Shown here piece by piece: positions 61,353-64,000 of a stretch of DNA of 64,000 nucleotides (positions are counted from its first letter, which is position 1; each line of letters opens with the position of its first letter). Origin of the DNA: Lytechinus pictus (taxonomy: Eukaryota); the NCBI RefSeq assembly GCF_037042905.1, contig NC_087251.1:6510001-6574000 (forward strand), given 5' to 3'. Made by a program: the position numbers and the translations under genes. A model generated the notes under the pieces. It saw only the letters and a list, made by a program, of their open reading frames with translations, was not told the origin of the DNA and did no database searches.

Positions 61353-64000
61353 CAGGGGCGTCGATCCATTTTTCAGATTGGGGGGGGGGGCGAAATCATT
61401 AACGTTCCAAAGGCGCTCGATCGTACAAAACACCCACCCACACACCACTGGCGTAAATCCGTGTTGATGGGTGGGGGGGATGACTGAAATATTTTGGTTT
61501 TTTTTTTGCAATCACGTTTTTAGATATGCAAGGAATTTTCATTGATATGTCCACAGTGGCGTACCGTGGGTCACGGCATTGGGGAGGGGGGCACCAGCAA
61601 AATGTTTGAATCACTGAGTGAGCGCACTCAGTTGCCAGTTATACTGACCTAATAGCAGGCGCGGATCCAAGATTTAGTGGGGAGGGGGGCCCAAATTTGA
61701 CCTGATTTTTGGCGCCCATGTGTACTTTTCGAAAAATGGCGCCCCCTCCCTCCCGGCCAGGCTAACTTAAATTTAACTTAAATGCCTTAAATGTATTTTG
61801 AGTTATCTTATTACATAATCACATTTAAAAAAAAAGGCAATTAAAGACCATTTTTTTAATGTGTTCTTGAAAAAAAAATCCATGAATATATAATGTAATA
61901 TCAATGCGAGCGCGAAGCGCGAGCGATTTTTGGGGGTCTCAATTTGGTTTAACTTCTCACCAGAGTAGGCCCTACTAGAATATTGTGTGAAAGGGAGCTG
62001 TAGTTTCTTTACTAGTTGTTTAGAATAGCCTTCAATAATATAAATGATAACCTCTTGGGAATAATGCAATCTCGAAGCAATCGACTCAATCTCCTCATCA
62101 GTGACGAAGCTGTGATTTATTCAGCAGGGTTGCACGGGGGGGGGGGCTTGTTGAACTTTTGTAGAGGGCACCAAGATAAAAAAATAAAAATAAAATGGGG
62201 GGGGGGTAAAAGTTAAAGAAATTCCGAAATTTTATTCTTAAAAACACATCGAGGTATCTCACAAGGCCTAAATAAATAATGATAACGCGAAGCGCTATAT
62301 ATTTGACATAATATTTGGAAAATAACATTATATTTCACCATAATCCCTTTCCTTTTCTCTCTTTTTTTTCTTGGTCGTGATTTTTTTTTTTTTTTTTTTT
62401 TGGGGGGGGGGGCAAAACACCCATGTCCTAACAGTCATTTCCTAACTTAACTTTATAAACAACATTAATGTGCAATAATCTCATAAGCCCTATGCGAGAC
62501 AAAAAAAAAAATTAAATTTCATGTATTTTGACCTGAAAATTGAACATTCTGGGCAATGTTTGTGAACCTGAACAAGATGCGTATGTAACTAGATAATTAC
62601 TACGAGCGCGAAGCGCGAGCAGAAATTTTTAATGTGCGTTCTGGCCTGGTCGAAAAGGGACCTGTTAAGGAAGTTTTGAATTAGCCATTAAGACGATTCA
62701 TATTTCAACGATTAAATAATGCGAGCGCGAAGCGCGAGCTGAAATTTTTTTATATTCCAACCTAAAAAATTGGATTTTAAACCCCCAACGGGACACTCGA
62801 TTCATGTTTTGTCACTCATGAAAAATGATGGGTATTTTTTTGTATCTTCCTACATTAATAATGCGAGCGCAAAGCGCGAGCAGAAAATTTTTGATATTCT
62901 GATCTGAAACTGGATAATTTTAGCACGTTTTTAATAAGATCAAGATGCGTATCTCAATAAACATGCGTGCACGTGTTTTAGAGTTAGACAGAATCTGGGC
63001 ATTCTGAATACATTTCGTTTTTCATCATGAAAATCAATAATGCGAGCGCGGATCGCGAGCTGGAAATAATATTTGAAATTCCGTTATGAAATGGGTCAAT
63101 TTAAGCAATATTTAAAGCACTGTGTACATAGGGGAATTGTGAAGTGGATGTGGAAAGCACTTAATAAATGATGCGAGCGAAGCGCGAGCTGATATTTTAT
63201 TATTATTTTAAACTAGGATCGAGACATTTTAGGCCTAAGGACATTTTGTCATTATATAAAAATGATGCCTATCTTCTATTCCTCTTCCTAAAACTTGTCG
63301 ATATATTTTTCTGAAAAAGGGACGATTTAGTTATGAATTCATAAAAAATCTATTTCATATTTATTAATCTAATAAGCCTAATGAGTGCGTGAAATTTGTT
63401 GACAGTGCATGAGGCCTGAAAAACTGGATATTTTATATATTTTTTAATCATGAACAGCATTCATGGGTTGATACATTTATAGCAAATAATGCGAGCGCAA
63501 ATCGCGATCCGAAATTTTTTAATGGGGGGAATTCAAGTAGTTTGTTATAGAATATATAGGTACAGTGGCGTACCGTGGGTCACGACATGGGGGGCACCAC
63601 CACAAATTTGGTGTCACTTAGGGAGCGCGCTCAGTTGCCAGGTATGCTGACCGAATAGAGAAATTTTAAAGACATGCAATGCCATTAAACGGATAAGTAT
63701 CTCACTGATTAAATAATGCGAGCGCGAAGCGCGAGCTGAAAATTTTTGATATTCAGACCTAAAAGAGACATTATAAGCAAATTTTTTGTAATCGTGATAC
63801 GTACCTGTCTCGCTAAACAAACAATGCGAGCGCGAAGCGCGAGCTGAAATTTTTGTATATTGACCCCAAACAGGGACATTTTAAGGACTATATTTTAGGT
63901 ATCCATTTTAGAGTATAAATATCTCAGCATAGTCATCTAATGATAGTGGCATCCTTTGCTGATTTTGTTAGAATTACATCTAAACATATGAAGCACTTTT
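61353..64000. repeat. Cluster of nested hAT-like MITE ends (CAGTGGCGTA, CAGGCGCGGATCC, CAGGGGCG) and a GCGAGCGCGAAGCGCGAGC-punctuated repeat
   Basis: Element starts near 61353, 61553, 61655 and 63563; about 9 copies of the motif. Confidence 0.7.

Noticed and set aside
61900-63850. CRISPR-like repeat-spacer array
   Set aside because: Eukaryotic context, long irregular spacers that resemble one another, and no cas genes.

Overview
AT-rich eukaryotic genomic DNA, probably a sea urchin or other marine invertebrate (inferred from the repeat repertoire, not proven). The main gene is on the minus strand: a FERM-domain Hippo-pathway protein of the FRMD6/Willin/Expanded family. I reconstructed 14 phase-consistent GT-AG coding exons by hand (45481->15481, 746 aa). 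A putative non-coding first exon lies near 58.6-58.8 kb, and the 3'UTR is probably ~6.4 kb. A second minus-strand gene appears to start at a CpG-rich promoter and first exon near 7.6-7.9 kb and run off the left edge. The rest is a dense set of mobile elements: a decayed CR1 LINE, a Helentron-like repeat, and hAT-, Kolobok-, Harbinger-, Academ- and P-like non-autonomous elements, many of them nested. Highlights: (1) a tandem pair of Transib-like elements with RSS-like ends (CACAGTG heptamer, nonamer-like blocks 12 and 23 bp away, CGACG TSD) just upstream of the FRMD6 promoter; (2) a P-like element plus two short palindromes that look like P excision footprints; (3) a minimal Penelope-type hammerhead-like motif; (4) a fly-Expanded-identical TSGIVS degron and TEAD-like motif enrichment in the gene. 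Superfamily labels rest on terminus/TSD signatures only; no database search was run.
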